Below are positions 40,258 to 51,007 of a DNA stretch of 64,000 nt, piece by piece. The DNA is taken from positions 1,632,001 through 1,696,000 of the forward strand of contig OZ219747.1 of assembly GCA_964291265.2 (NCBI GenBank), read 5' to 3'. Positions within the stretch are counted from its first letter, which is position 1; each line of letters starts with the position of its first letter. Below the pieces are notes generated by a model that made no database searches, was not told where the DNA came from, and saw only the letters and a program-made list of their open reading frames with translations. The position numbers and the translations under genes were made by a program. The DNA is from Alphaproteobacteria bacterium. Lineage in GTDB: Bacteria > Pseudomonadota > Alphaproteobacteria > SP197.

Positions 40258-41802
40258 TCATGGCCGGCGTTTCAGCTCGTACCAGAACACGATTGCCGAG
40301 TAGGGCGGCACCGGTACGAGGCCCGCGATATCGCTGCCATGGGCGATGACGAGCGGTGCATCCATGGCGAAGATCGACACCGCTTCTTCGTGCAGGATGC
40401 GCTGTGCCTCCACCCAGGTCGCGCCGGCGGCGGCAGTGTCCGTGGCCTCCTGTCCCCAGGCCTCGAACACGAGGTTGTCGAATGCAGGGTTGTTGTAGCC
40501 AATGGCCGGGAACCAGCCGTAGGGCGAACTGGTGAAGATGATGAGCCAGGCGTAGGGCGATGGCACGTCACCGGAAGCGGCAACAACGAAAACGTCGTAG
40601 TCCTCGTTGTCGGGATTGAAGGCGCTGTCCCAGAAGGCGCCACCGGAAAGTTGGCGAATGTTGAGCGTCACCCCGACTTCGGCCAGGGCCGACTGCCACA
40701 GGCGTACGGCTTCCGCGACTTCCTTGGAACCGGCCGAGACTGCGAGATCCAGCTCGAATCCGTCACCGAAACCGGCTTCGGCGAGCACTGCGCGCGCGAC
40801 ATCGAGATCCTGCTTCCAGGACGGGAAGTCGACCGGAGGTGTCCACAGCGCGGTCGGCCCGGAGCCGGCGCTTACTCGGCCGTGACCGAGAAACACCCCC
40901 TTGTGGACATCGTCATAAGGAAAGGTCATCGCCAGAGCCCGGCGTACCGCCCGGTCGTCAAGCGGCGGATTGCTGTGATCGAAGGCGAAGATGAGCTGCG
41001 CCAGTGGCAGATAGGGCAGGACCACGAGGTCGTCCACGTTCTCGAGGCTGGCTATCGAATCGAACGGTAGGTGGGTTGTCAGATCGACCTCGCCGGAACG
41101 AATGAGCTGGTCGCGCACGGTGGGGTCCTCGACGATGAGGTAGACGATCTTGGTGAACTGACCCTCTTCCCAACCTCCCCAGTAGTCGGGATGGCGATCG
41201 AGCACGGCGCGATTTCCGGGTTCGAAGCTGGCAACGACATAGGGGCCGGTTCCGGCGTCGTTTCCTTCAGCCCACCATTCGGGCGGCTGGTCCACGGCCT
41301 CGGCCTTGTAGACGAACATGCCGTACTGCGCCGACACGATGAGCGGCACGTTGCGCGGTTCGCTGGCGACGAAACGCACGGTCATGTCGTCAATCACCTC
41401 GATCGATTCGATGCCGATGAAGTCGTAGGCGACCATGCCGACCGCGATGTTGCGATCGAGCGATGCCTTCACGTCAGTCGCCGTAAAGGGTGATCCGTCG
41501 TGGAACGTGACACCCTCGCGCAGTGTGAACGTCCACTCGGTACCCTCGGCATTGGAGTCCCAGGACGTGGCCAGCACGCCGACGATGCCCTGATCCGCGG
41601 TCCAGCGGGTGAGTGTCTCGTACACGTTGAAGCCTAGCGTCGTATCCCAGCTCAGCATGTAGGGAGGATCGAGCGATGGCAGTTCGGCGGGAATGGCCTG
41701 GAAGGCGATGTTCTCGGTGATGTCTGCAGCCTGAAGTGGTCCCATGCCGACAATCAGTGCGGTGATGGCGGCGATGGCCGGCCCGCGGACATACCTGTTC
41801 AT
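40258..41802 (-). CDS. Peptide/nickel-type ABC substrate-binding protein (family 5)
   Basis: Signal peptide; NVYETL, LREGVTFHDG, GTGPY; divergent from its permeases. Confidence 0.92.
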   Translation of the reverse strand: MNRYVRGPAIAAITALIVGMGPLQAADITENIAFQAIPAELPSLDPPYMLSWDTTLGFNVYETLTRWTADQGIVGVLATSWDSNAEGTEWTFTLREGVTFHDGSPFTATDVKASLDRNIAVGMVAYDFIGIESIEVIDDMTVRFVASEPRNVPLIVSAQYGMFVYKAEAVDQPPEWWAEGNDAGTGPYVVASFEPGNRAVLDRHPDYWGGWEEGQFTKIVYLIVEDPTVRDQLIRSGEVDLTTHLPFDSIASLENVDDLVVLPYLPLAQLIFAFDHSNPPLDDRAVRRALAMTFPYDDVHKGVFLGHGRVSAGSGPTALWTPPVDFPSWKQDLDVARAVLAEAGFGDGFELDLAVSAGSKEVAEAVRLWQSALAEVGVTLNIRQLSGGAFWDSAFNPDNEDYDVFVVAASGDVPSPYAWLIIFTSSPYGWFPAIGYNNPAFDNLVFEAWGQEATDTAAAGATWVEAQRILHEEAVSIFAMDAPLVIAHGSDIAGLVPVPPYSAIVFWYELKRRP

Positions 41803-42001
41803 GATCCTGATCCTCCCCGTTGCATCGACGGATGTTGTCAGGCGAAGTGTGCATCGTGTCGATGATGGCCTCAACTGCTTCTGCCGACAGGCGACCTCGC
41901 GGCTCGCCTGCCGCGGAAAATCGGTGGCCAAAGACAGCCCGCGATCGCACAATCGTCGACGTCATGCTGGCTGTTTGCGCGTTCATCAAGAAGGTGTGGC
42001 C

Positions 42002-43039
42002 ATGAGCGGTGTCCGCTACTTCCTGCGGCGTCTGGTTCTGGCTCTCCTGGTGCTGCTCGGGGCGCTGACGGTGACATTCGCCGTTTCCCATGTCATTCCC
42101 GGCGATCCCGCGCGCCTTTATCTGGGAGCCCGAGCCAGCGATGAGGCCATTGCCGCAGTGCGCGCCGACCTTGGCCTCGACGATCCCCTGCACGTGCAGT
42201 TCGTGCGCTTCGTTTCCAACGCGATCCAGGGAGAATTCGGCTACTCCTATCGCACCAAGCGGCCGATCATCGAGGATTTGGCCGAACGCCTGCCCGCCAC
42301 CATGGAACTTGTGCTGCTCGCCACGTTCCTGGCGATCGCTGTCGGTGTTCCGGCCGGCGTCCTTGCGGCTGCGCGCTTCGCCACCGGTTTCGACCGCGTG
42401 ATGCGGGTGGTGTCCATTCTCGGGGTTTCCATGCCCGCCTTCTGGCTCGCCCTGTTGTTGCAACTCCTCTTCTTCCTGTGGCTCGACCTGCTGCCTCTCG
42501 GCGGGCGACTCAGTCAGGCCACCGGCTTCCTGCATCCGGTGACGACTCTGACCGGTTTCCATCTCGTCGATGCCGCACTCACCGGGAACTGGGTGGCGTG
42601 GAAGGACGCGCTGGCTCACGCGATCCTGCCGGTGGTGGTGCTGGCGACCTTTCCCGTCAGCCTGGCTCTGCGCATGACCCGGGCGTCGATGCTCGATGTG
42701 CTTGCGGAAACCCACATCGCAGCTGCCCGCGCGGCGGGACTGCACGAGCGCGAGATCCTGTTTCGCCTGGCGTTGAAGAACGCCATAGTGCCCACGTTGA
42801 CTGTTCTGGGACTGGTGTTCGCCTTCTCGATCACCGGTGCTGTCCTCATCGAGAGCATCTTCAAGTGGCCGGGCCTGGGCAGCTACATGCTCGATGCCAT
42901 TCTCAACGATGACATTCCGGTGCTGTTTGCCGTCACCCTGGTGGTGACCGTGATCTACATCGTCATCAATCTCCTCGTGGACCTGCTGCAAGCGGCGCTT
43001 GATCCGCGAATCCGGCTTGGTGAGAGCAGTGTCGGCTGA
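42002..43039 (+). CDS. ABC permease (DppB-like)
   Basis: IPGDPA, LGLDDPLHVQF, AARAAGL, WPGLG, LDPRI. Confidence 0.93.
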   Translation: MSGVRYFLRRLVLALLVLLGALTVTFAVSHVIPGDPARLYLGARASDEAIAAVRADLGLDDPLHVQFVRFVSNAIQGEFGYSYRTKRPIIEDLAERLPATMELVLLATFLAIAVGVPAGVLAAARFATGFDRVMRVVSILGVSMPAFWLALLLQLLFFLWLDLLPLGGRLSQATGFLHPVTTLTGFHLVDAALTGNWVAWKDALAHAILPVVVLATFPVSLALRMTRASMLDVLAETHIAAARAAGLHEREILFRLALKNAIVPTLTVLGLVFAFSITGAVLIESIFKWPGLGSYMLDAILNDDIPVLFAVTLVVTVIYIVINLLVDLLQAALDPRIRLGESSVG

Positions 43040-43949
43040 CAGGTCGGTTTCCGACAACGCAGCGACATTGTTGGCGGCCCTCGTCAACCCCCCTGCGGGA
43101 TCAGCGCGCCGACACGTTCTCGGCGACCGCCTGGCTGCGGGCGCCCTGTTGGCTCTTGCGGTCATTGTCATGCTGGCCGTTGCCGCACCCCTCGTCACAC
43201 CGCATGCAGACCAGGGGCGCGGAGCAACGAACATCGAAGACAAGCTCCTGGAACCTTCGCTGGCTCACCCCTTCGGTACCGACGCGCTGGGTCGCGACGT
43301 ACTGGCCCGCGTCCTCTTCGGCGCGCGCACGGCACTCGTGTCGGGTCTAGTCATCGTCCTCGTCGGCGTGGTGGCGGGAACGCTGCTCGGTGCCACGGCA
43401 GGCTATGTCGGAGGCTGGCTCGACGAGGCGATCATGCGCGTCACTGACGTGTTTCTCGCCTTTCCGCCCCTGCTGCTGGCCATGACCGTTGCCGTGGTCC
43501 TGCAACCCAGTCTGGAGAATGCGATTCTGGCCATCGCACTCACCTGGTGGCCTTGGTACGCGCGCATCGCGCGCGGGCAGGCGACTTCGCTGCGGAAACG
43601 ACACTTCGTCATGGCGGCGCGGGGCATCGGTGTCAGTCATCCGGTGGTTGTGCTGCGTCATGTTCTGCCCAATGTCATGACACCGGTATGGGTTCAGGCG
43701 ACGCTTGATCTCGGCGCCGCCATCCTGACCGTGAGCGCGCTGGGCTTCGTCGGACTGGGTGTGCCGCAGCCGACAGCCGACTGGGGGGCGATGATTTCGG
43801 AGGGCCGCATCTACGTGCAGACGGGCCACTGGTGGGTGCCGACATTTCCGGGCGTGGCGCTTTTCGTGACCATCATGGCCTTCAATCTCGCGGGTGACGC
43901 GGTGCATATGGCGACCAGCCCGCGCGGCCGTGCCATGCGAGGCGCATGA
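43029..43949 (+). CDS. ABC permease (DppC-like)
   Basis: HPFGTDALGRD, RHVLPN, DWGAMI; start uncertain. Confidence 0.92.
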   Translation: MSADRSVSDNAATLLAALVNPPAGSARRHVLGDRLAAGALLALAVIVMLAVAAPLVTPHADQGRGATNIEDKLLEPSLAHPFGTDALGRDVLARVLFGARTALVSGLVIVLVGVVAGTLLGATAGYVGGWLDEAIMRVTDVFLAFPPLLLAMTVAVVLQPSLENAILAIALTWWPWYARIARGQATSLRKRHFVMAARGIGVSHPVVVLRHVLPNVMTPVWVQATLDLGAAILTVSALGFVGLGVPQPTADWGAMISEGRIYVQTGHWWVPTFPGVALFVTIMAFNLAGDAVHMATSPRGRAMRGA

Positions 43950-44917
43950 GTACGCCGCTTCTCTCGGTCACCGGTCTCAGGGTCGGTTTTCCCGGCCCCG
44001 TGAGCCGCCGTCCGGTGTTGCGCGGGATCGATTTCGAGGTCGAGGAAGGCACGGCCTACGGCATCGTCGGCGAATCGGGATGCGGCAAGTCGATGGCGGC
44101 CCACGCCATCCTTGGCCTCGTGCCGCCACCGGGGTCGATTGACGGCGGTTCGATCGCCTATCGGGGCCAGGACCTGGTTTCCGGAAGCCGCCATGCCTGG
44201 GCCGCGTTGCGTGGCAGGCACATCGCCATGGTTCATCAGGATCCAGCCGCCGCTCTCAACCCCCTGTTCACGATCGGCAACCAGATTACGGCGATCATGC
44301 GGCGGCACGGAAGAGCCCGGGCGAGCGAGGCGCGGGAGCGCGCGGTGTCCCTGCTTGGCGAACTCGAGCTGGCCGACCCCGCCGCCCTGCTCGAACGCCA
44401 TCCCCACGAACTCTCCGGCGGCATGCAGCAGCGGGTCCTTCTTGCCATGGCCCTGGCCGGGGATCCGGACCTGGTGATCGCCGACGAGGCAACGACAGCC
44501 CTCGATGTCACCATCCAGGCCCAGGTCCTCGCCCTGCTCGACCGGTTGCGCAGGACGCGCGGTCTGACCTTGATCATCATCACGCATGATCTCGGCGTGG
44601 TGGCCCAGACCTGCGACCGGGTGGCGGTACTGTATCTCGGACGGATAGTGGAGGAAGGCGATCCCGGTGATGTCTTCCTTGCGCCGCATCACCCCTATAC
44701 AAGGGGCCTTCTGAAAGCGCGGCCGGGTGAACAGGGGGAACGCACGCCGCTTGCCGTCATTCCGGGCTCCGTGCCTGCTGACGCCACGGACATCGAGGGA
44801 TGTGCCTTCCGCGAGCGGTGCGCTTTCGCCATGGATTCCTGCCGTCTGGAGGACCCCGCGGTGCGGTGGCTCTCGGATCTCCACCGCAGCGCCTGCCACC
44901 TCGAGGGCGGGCGATGA
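43946..44917 (+). CDS. ABC ATPase (DppD-like)
   Basis: [24 protein letters not shown]. Confidence 0.93.
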   Translation: MSTPLLSVTGLRVGFPGPVSRRPVLRGIDFEVEEGTAYGIVGESGCGKSMAAHAILGLVPPPGSIDGGSIAYRGQDLVSGSRHAWAALRGRHIAMVHQDPAAALNPLFTIGNQITAIMRRHGRARASEARERAVSLLGELELADPAALLERHPHELSGGMQQRVLLAMALAGDPDLVIADEATTALDVTIQAQVLALLDRLRRTRGLTLIIITHDLGVVAQTCDRVAVLYLGRIVEEGDPGDVFLAPHHPYTRGLLKARPGEQGERTPLAVIPGSVPADATDIEGCAFRERCAFAMDSCRLEDPAVRWLSDLHRSACHLEGGR

Positions 44918-45894
44918 CGGTGGAGCACGACATCCTGCTCGACGTCAGGAACCTCGCGGTCGACTACCCGACAGGGACCGCCATCTTCGGCAGGCGGTGT
45001 GGACACCTGCGGGTTCTTGAGAACATCAACCTGCGGCTCCGGCGCGGCGAAACCCTGGGCGTCGTCGGCGAATCGGGGTGCGGCAAGTCGACCCTTGCAA
45101 TGGCGCTGGCAAGGTTCGTGTCGGCCAGCCACGGCGACATCCTGTTTGACGGGCGCGACGTGCTCCGGCTTGACACCGCCGGCCTCAAGGCATGGCGCCG
45201 GGACATGCAGCTCGTGTTCCAGAATCCCGTGGCCTCCCTCAATCCGCGCATGACGGTTCGCGCCATCGTCAGCGAACCCCTGATAACGCACACAGGACTT
45301 GATCGCGGCGAACGACGCCGACGGGTCGAGGCCCTTCTCGTCGAAACCGGCCTCGACCCGTCATTGCTCGCCCGCTATCCCCATGAACTCAGTGGTGGCC
45401 AGGCTCAGCGGGTCGTGCTGGCACGCGCCCTTGCCCTCAATCCGCGGTTGCTGGTGCTTGACGAACCGACCTCCGCCCTCGACGTTTCCGTCCAGGCGCA
45501 GGTCCTCAATCTGCTCATGCGCCTGCAGGCGCAGCACAACCTGACTTACATGCTGATTTCACACAGTCTCGGCGTCGTCGAACATGTCAGTGACCGTATC
45601 GCCGTTCTCTATCTCGGCGAGATCGTCGAGGAAGGACCGCGAGACGAGATCTTCAGTCGGCCACGCCACCCCTATACCCAGGCGCTGATGGCGGCGACTC
45701 CTGTCGTCGATCCCTCGAAGAGGCAGGTTCATCGACCGCTGTTGGGGATGATCCCCGGTCCCGCGTCGCTGCCCCGGGGATGCCGGTTCCACACCAGGTG
45801 CCCCCGCGCTTGGTCCCTGTGTCATGACATCAGGCCAGATCCGCAGCGTGTCGGCGACGCTCATGTGGCCGCGTGCCACCTTCTGACGTCATGA
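44914..45894 (+). CDS. ABC ATPase (DppF-like)
   Basis: [33 protein letters not shown]. Confidence 0.93.
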   Translation: MTVEHDILLDVRNLAVDYPTGTAIFGRRCGHLRVLENINLRLRRGETLGVVGESGCGKSTLAMALARFVSASHGDILFDGRDVLRLDTAGLKAWRRDMQLVFQNPVASLNPRMTVRAIVSEPLITHTGLDRGERRRRVEALLVETGLDPSLLARYPHELSGGQAQRVVLARALALNPRLLVLDEPTSALDVSVQAQVLNLLMRLQAQHNLTYMLISHSLGVVEHVSDRIAVLYLGEIVEEGPRDEIFSRPRHPYTQALMAATPVVDPSKRQVHRPLLGMIPGPASLPRGCRFHTRCPRAWSLCHDIRPDPQRVGDAHVAACHLLTS

Positions 45895-45967
45895 TACAAC
45901 CCCGGGGCCGTCGACGGGCGGCCGGTATTCCGGATACACTCGATCATACCACGCCGGAGAGAGACGC

Positions 45968-47578
45968 ATGAGCGCACGCGACGGCCAACGCAAGGCGCCC
46001 TACGCCTGGTCGATGCCGGACTGGCCATCCCCGGGACAATCCGCTGCCGACGATGCCATCGAGGTGTGGGGCTACACGGATCGCATGTCCTACGAGGCGG
46101 GTGACGTGATCAGGCTCCACGTCAGTGCGACACGCGCCTCCTGGTCGCTGACGATCTATCGTGACGGCGCCTCGCCGCAGCGTGTCCTGCAACGCCACGA
46201 CCTGCCGGGCGAGCGCCACACCGTTCCGGACGACGCCTTTGCCTTGGGCTGCGGCTGGCCCGTGGCTCTCACCATCCCTGTCGATGACGATTGGCCGTCA
46301 GGCCTCTACATCATTGTCCTCGGTGTCGGCGAGGGATCAGACCATTTCGAGTCCGATGCTTTCTTTGTCGTGCGCAGTCCGGTCCGCAAGAGGCGGAAGA
46401 TCGGCTTCATGCTGACGACAAGCACCCTGATCGCCTACAACGACTGGGGAGGCGCCAATCACTATCGCGGTCTCGGGAACGATCCGCGTGACGACATCGC
46501 GTCGCCGATGCTGTCGACACGACGTCCCGTGGGCCGCGGCTTTCTGCGCAAGCCGGCTGGAGCGCCGCGTGAATCCCATGACTTTTCGCCACCGATCGGT
46601 TGGCAGCCCCGTTATCCCTCCTACGAGTGGGCGCGTCTCCACAACATGAGCCGGCATCATGCCGATGCCTTCTGGGCGACCTACGAGAGACTGTTTGCCG
46701 TGTGGGCCGAGAACCAGGGTTATCAACTCGATTATCTCACGCAGCACGACCTTCACTTCGACCGGAGCAGCCTCGATGGCTTCGATGCACTGGTGATCAT
46801 CGGGCACGACGAGTACTGGACCTGGGAGATGCGCGACCGGGTCGACGACTTCGTTGATCGTGGTGGTGGTCTGGCCCGTTTCGCCGGGAACTTCTACTGG
46901 CAGGTACGGCTGTCCGAAGATGGGACCACACAGTATTGCTACAGGGTTCCCGACGCCGACCCCGCCACTCCCACCACGCCGCACCTTGCAACCACCGCAT
47001 GGGACTGCACCCTGATCGGACGTCCGGCGGCGTCGACGATGGGGCTGACGGGCATGTCCGGGACCTACAACCGCTACGGCGTGGCAGCACCCCGCTCTTC
47101 GGGAGGCTATACCGTTTACCGACCACGGCACTGGGCCTTCGCCGGGACCGATCTCTACTACGGCGATCTCGTGGGCGGTACGCCTGTCAATCTCGCGACC
47201 TTCGAACTCGACTCGGTGGAGTACACTTTCCGCCGTGGATTGCCTTTCCCGACATTCGAGGACGGCGCCCCGGAATCCCTGGAGATTCTGGCCCTGGCGC
47301 CCGCGGTGCGTGGCGAGGAGGACCGTTTCGATGGCACTGTCCCGCTCAACGGTCCGTTGCGCGAGGCCGAACAGATCATGGAGGTGCTTGGTGACCTGCT
47401 GCCGGCCCACTGCCACGAGAACGAAGGACGTGGCGCCGGCATGATTGCCGCCTTCACCCGCGGCAAGGGAGAGGTGTTCAACGGCGGATCCACGGAGTGG
47501 CCGCGAGCGCTGGAACTGCACGATCCCTTTGTCGAACGCATCGTCGCCAACGTTCTCGACCGCTTCACTGCGTCGTGA
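45968..47578 (+). CDS. N,N-dimethylformamidase large (beta) subunit family protein
   Basis: WPSGLY, TLIAYNDWGG, GHDEYW, FAGNFYWQVR, GEVFNGGSTEW motifs of the DmfA2-like family; 536 aa. Confidence 0.82.
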   Translation: MSARDGQRKAPYAWSMPDWPSPGQSAADDAIEVWGYTDRMSYEAGDVIRLHVSATRASWSLTIYRDGASPQRVLQRHDLPGERHTVPDDAFALGCGWPVALTIPVDDDWPSGLYIIVLGVGEGSDHFESDAFFVVRSPVRKRRKIGFMLTTSTLIAYNDWGGANHYRGLGNDPRDDIASPMLSTRRPVGRGFLRKPAGAPRESHDFSPPIGWQPRYPSYEWARLHNMSRHHADAFWATYERLFAVWAENQGYQLDYLTQHDLHFDRSSLDGFDALVIIGHDEYWTWEMRDRVDDFVDRGGGLARFAGNFYWQVRLSEDGTTQYCYRVPDADPATPTTPHLATTAWDCTLIGRPAASTMGLTGMSGTYNRYGVAAPRSSGGYTVYRPRHWAFAGTDLYYGDLVGGTPVNLATFELDSVEYTFRRGLPFPTFEDGAPESLEILALAPAVRGEEDRFDGTVPLNGPLREAEQIMEVLGDLLPAHCHENEGRGAGMIAAFTRGKGEVFNGGSTEWPRALELHDPFVERIVANVLDRFTAS

Positions 47579-48097
47579 CGCCATGTCCGGACAGCCCCGG
47601 AACCGCCGCTTCACGCCACTGGCGGGCGGCGGTCACGAGGGCGGGGCTGACTGACTTCCTCTTGCTGTCCGGCGCAAGAAGAGTCTCGCCGTCGCCGGTG
47701 GCCCCTGGCCCGTATTCATGGTGTGTGCCCGGGCTGGTCGGTGACCGTGACCCTGCCATATTGCGGTGGAAGGTTCGTCATGGATGGGTGCGGTGAAGGA
47801 GTTGACAACGCTCACGGGAGCCGGCGGTAACCTTGGTGGCGGCAGGTCCGCCAGGGGCCCGCGGCGCTCCTGACCGCCGACGACCGGAGGAACCTTCTCG
47901 GGGTGATGTCTGAATCGTCGGGCGGATGTTGTCTGCACGAAGGTGATGGTGGATGATGGTGGGACATGGAAGCAGATCCGCGGGGGATGCGCGGCATCGT
48001 CAGTCAAGTCCCCCCAAACCATCCAGACGGCAAGGAGGGCAGATCATGGCTCTTGGCTCCATTGACAGACGCAGGTTCATCGGCACGTCGGCACTAG

Positions 48098-48485
48098 CCC
48101 GAAGTTCCGGACGATTTCAGCGCTATAACCACATCAAGTAGTTGAACTTACTGATAAAACCGCACAGAGACAACATGCAGAAGTTCCCATGTAACGGTGC
48201 AACACCCTGTTGACACAGGCGGCTGTTGCCCCCATGTACGTTGCCATGTACGTGGACATCGTCCCCAACCGCATGAGCCCCCCGCCACTAATCTATCCTC
48301 CTGGCCCATGGAGAACGTCGAAACCCTGCGGCCCTTCCAGATCACCACGCGGCCCACGACGCTCCACAAAAAGGACCTGAACCACCTCGGCGTGCGCCTC
48401 TAGCGTTCCCAGTAGCGACACACCCGATTCTCTCAAACGTCAATACATTCATAACGATACGTCTGAACGGCGCTGGAACTTCGGA
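48098..48485 (+). mobile_element. Non-autonomous IS1634-like miniature element (internally deleted IS)
   Basis: CTAG on both flanks (48094-97, 48486-89); ends CCCGAAGTTCC and reverse complement TCCGAAGTTCC; inside MYVDIVPNRMSPP (48246) and ..ITTRPTTLHKKDLNHLGVRL* (48403), resembling the termini of IS1634 transposases. Confidence 0.8.
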
Positions 48486-49202
48486 CTAGCCGGTGCTGCT
48501 GCGGCCACCGCAGCGCATCCGGGGAGAGTGAGCGCCGAGGAGACGGTTTCGCATCGGATTTCTCGCACCGCTGACCGGTGGTGTCGCGGCCTGGGGGCTG
48601 CCCGGGCTCTATGGATGCGAGATCTGGGCGGAACAGAAGAACGCTGCCGGTGGCGTCGAGATCGGCGGCACGTCCTACGATGTCGAAATCGTCCCGTACG
48701 ACAACGAGTATCTTCCGGACAAGGCGCGTACCGGCGCCCAGAAGCTGATCAACGAAGACGGCGTCTCGTTCATCGAGATGCTCGGCGGCGACACCATGCC
48801 GGCCGTGACCCCGATCGCCAATCGCGCCGAGATGCTTGTCTCGACGCTTCTTCCCTCGGACCTTTCGCCGGACACGCCCTTCCTGGTTGCGCCCGCGGAA
48901 GTTCATCCGATCTACAATCTCACGGGCGTCTGGTGGATGGCCGAGAACATGCCTGAAGCGAAGACGGCTGTCATCTGCGCCCAGGATGACGCGATCGGCA
49001 GGCCCTCCGTGGCGACCTACCTCGCGGCGTTCGAAGCGCATGGCATCGAGGTCAAGGACACGATCTTCTTCGACATCGCGACGACGGATTTCGCGCCCGT
49101 CATGACCACGATGCTGGCCCACAAACCCGACATCCTGTGCCTCGACACGGCCTATGCAGAGTTTGTCAACGAACTGTGCAAGCAGGCCTTCGTGCAGAAT
49201 TA

Positions 49203-51007
49203 GTGCTCGCCCGGAAATGCCCGTTTCGGCTGACCTTTCGGCGAAGCTTTGGGTTTGATCGCCCTCCGGAGCCGCCGAGCGCTCCGTTTTCGAGGCTTGT
49301 TCCTGCCGATTCATGGCGGCATCAGGGCTATCCCAGGCAAGAATCCAGACATCAGGCAAGCGGCTCCGTTCCCGCTTGAGCGGGTTTCGTTGCGGATAGG
49401 GTCTTGGGAGCTGCCGTCAGGCGGCGCGTCTTCGTCGTCGTCGGGCCCGGGCCCGAGCTTCCCTGTGCAGCAGCAGCCCGATGCGGTGGACATTGAAGGC
49501 CACCATGGACAGCGCCACCATCCGCGCAAAGCCGTCCGCTCCATAGGACAGGACCCGGTCCATGCCGCGTTGCTCAAGATTGTTGATCGCGGACTCCACG
49601 GCCGGATGCTGCCGGCGCATCTCCCGGAACGTCGTCTCAGCTTCCCGTTCCCGGTCCGCCCGAGAGAGCTTCCCTTTCTTCGGAAGCACGTTGTGATCCA
49701 GCAGTGCGTCCAGGGCGACCCGGTTGGAAGGGCTGTGGAACCCCTTATCGAAACTGCACAGACGCAGATCCGGGAAGCGGGCCTGCGCTTCTCGGATCAT
49801 GGGTACGGCATGGTCCACGTCACTGCCTTCCCACAGGATCCGGTGGTGCAGGAGAAAGCCGTGCTGATCCTCCAGCACGGCCACCGGCACACCGAGTTCC
49901 ACCGGCACACCGGCCTTGCCCTTCACGCACCAGCGCGTGTGCTCCTCGAAGATCGAGAACACCTTCTCATCCTGCGGAATCTTCTCGCCTTTGAGCAGGC
50001 GCCGGTCCACCTGGTCGATCTGCCGGCGGGCATGCTCAAGGTACGACTCGATCTTGAGAATCCTGAAGGCCCCGACGCCGCGCTCCACAAGCAACGGAAC
50101 TGTCTCCTGCGCCCGCCGGACCAACTCCCGGCTGACGTCGAGGTACGCCTCGATATCCTCCGAAGAGGCCCGACGGGTCTGCCGAACCTTCTGAAAGAGC
50201 TTCTGCAATACCCGGGTCCAATGCTTCCACTGACGCCATTCGGTCATTCCCGTGCGCATGGATGCGCGGCCCGTATCGCGCACCAGACAACGCATCGCAT
50301 CCCACAGAAGATTGACGTCCGTCGGGTAGTGCACGTCCGTCTCCACCACGAACGAATCGCAACGACCACGAAGAGGACCGTCCACATGGCGACGATCCTT
50401 GCCACGCTTGCGCTTGCGCACCATCGCATGGCCGCTCTCCGCCATCAGCTGCGATACCTTCTCCAGCACTTCCGGCGTCAGCTGGCTCACGTTGTCCACC
50501 ACCGTCTGATGCCCGTACCTTGTGTCGTCCCAGATGTCGGCGTGACCCAGGAACTTGCGAACCGTCTTGTGCTCGTTCACCACCTCGTGCAGGCGATCGA
50601 AGTCATACCCCAGGCCCTGCTTCAGGAGACCCATCACCAGGATCTTCCAAAGCTCCATGCCGGGGCGCCCTTTCGTGTGCGACACTCCGGGAAGGATCCC
50701 TTCCTCCAGGATCTCAAACAACCGGGCTCGGGTCGACGGGTCGGCGTACACGTGCTGAATCCCGCGCAGCATCGACGGAGTGTCGTCCCGCGAGTGCTCG
50801 TTGAGATCGATTTCCTCGATCGCTACCTGTCCCAACTCCAGCTGAGGGCGGACGAAGTCTCGCATGGCTATTCTCGCGAAGTTTCCCGAAAATCCGGCTG
50901 ATTCGAGACCAAGCCGGGCGATTCCCGCTCCAAAGCGGGATTCTTCGTCTCCCCAATACCCGATTCAGCTAGTCCAGTCAAGTGGTTGCACTTTCTCGGG
51001 CGGGCAC
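49203..51007 (-). mobile_element. Complete insertion sequence (ISNCY/IS5-like), 1805 bp
   Basis: 6-bp direct repeat GAATTA at 49197-49202 and 51008-51013; imperfect terminal IRs GTGCTCGCCCG-GAAA-TGC and GTGCCCGCCCGAGAAAGTGC. Confidence 0.92.
49417..50865 (-). CDS. DDE transposase (ISNCY/IS5-like family)
   Basis: GRPGMELW, RCDSFVVETDVHYPTD, SIFEEHT..KGK, SFDKGF, HPAVESAINNLE; intact 482 aa. Confidence 0.92.
   Translation of the reverse strand: MRDFVRPQLELGQVAIEEIDLNEHSRDDTPSMLRGIQHVYADPSTRARLFEILEEGILPGVSHTKGRPGMELWKILVMGLLKQGLGYDFDRLHEVVNEHKTVRKFLGHADIWDDTRYGHQTVVDNVSQLTPEVLEKVSQLMAESGHAMVRKRKRGKDRRHVDGPLRGRCDSFVVETDVHYPTDVNLLWDAMRCLVRDTGRASMRTGMTEWRQWKHWTRVLQKLFQKVRQTRRASSEDIEAYLDVSRELVRRAQETVPLLVERGVGAFRILKIESYLEHARRQIDQVDRRLLKGEKIPQDEKVFSIFEEHTRWCVKGKAGVPVELGVPVAVLEDQHGFLLHHRILWEGSDVDHAVPMIREAQARFPDLRLCSFDKGFHSPSNRVALDALLDHNVLPKKGKLSRADREREAETTFREMRRQHPAVESAINNLEQRGMDRVLSYGADGFARMVALSMVAFNVHRIGLLLHREARARARRRRRRAA

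Noticed and set aside
47580-48045. Possible riboswitch in the long leader of the Liv SBP gene (hairpin near 47654-47686)
   Set aside because: No conserved cobalamin, TPP, glycine or SAM motifs recognised. The hairpin may just end the upstream operon; an Rfam/Infernal scan would settle it.
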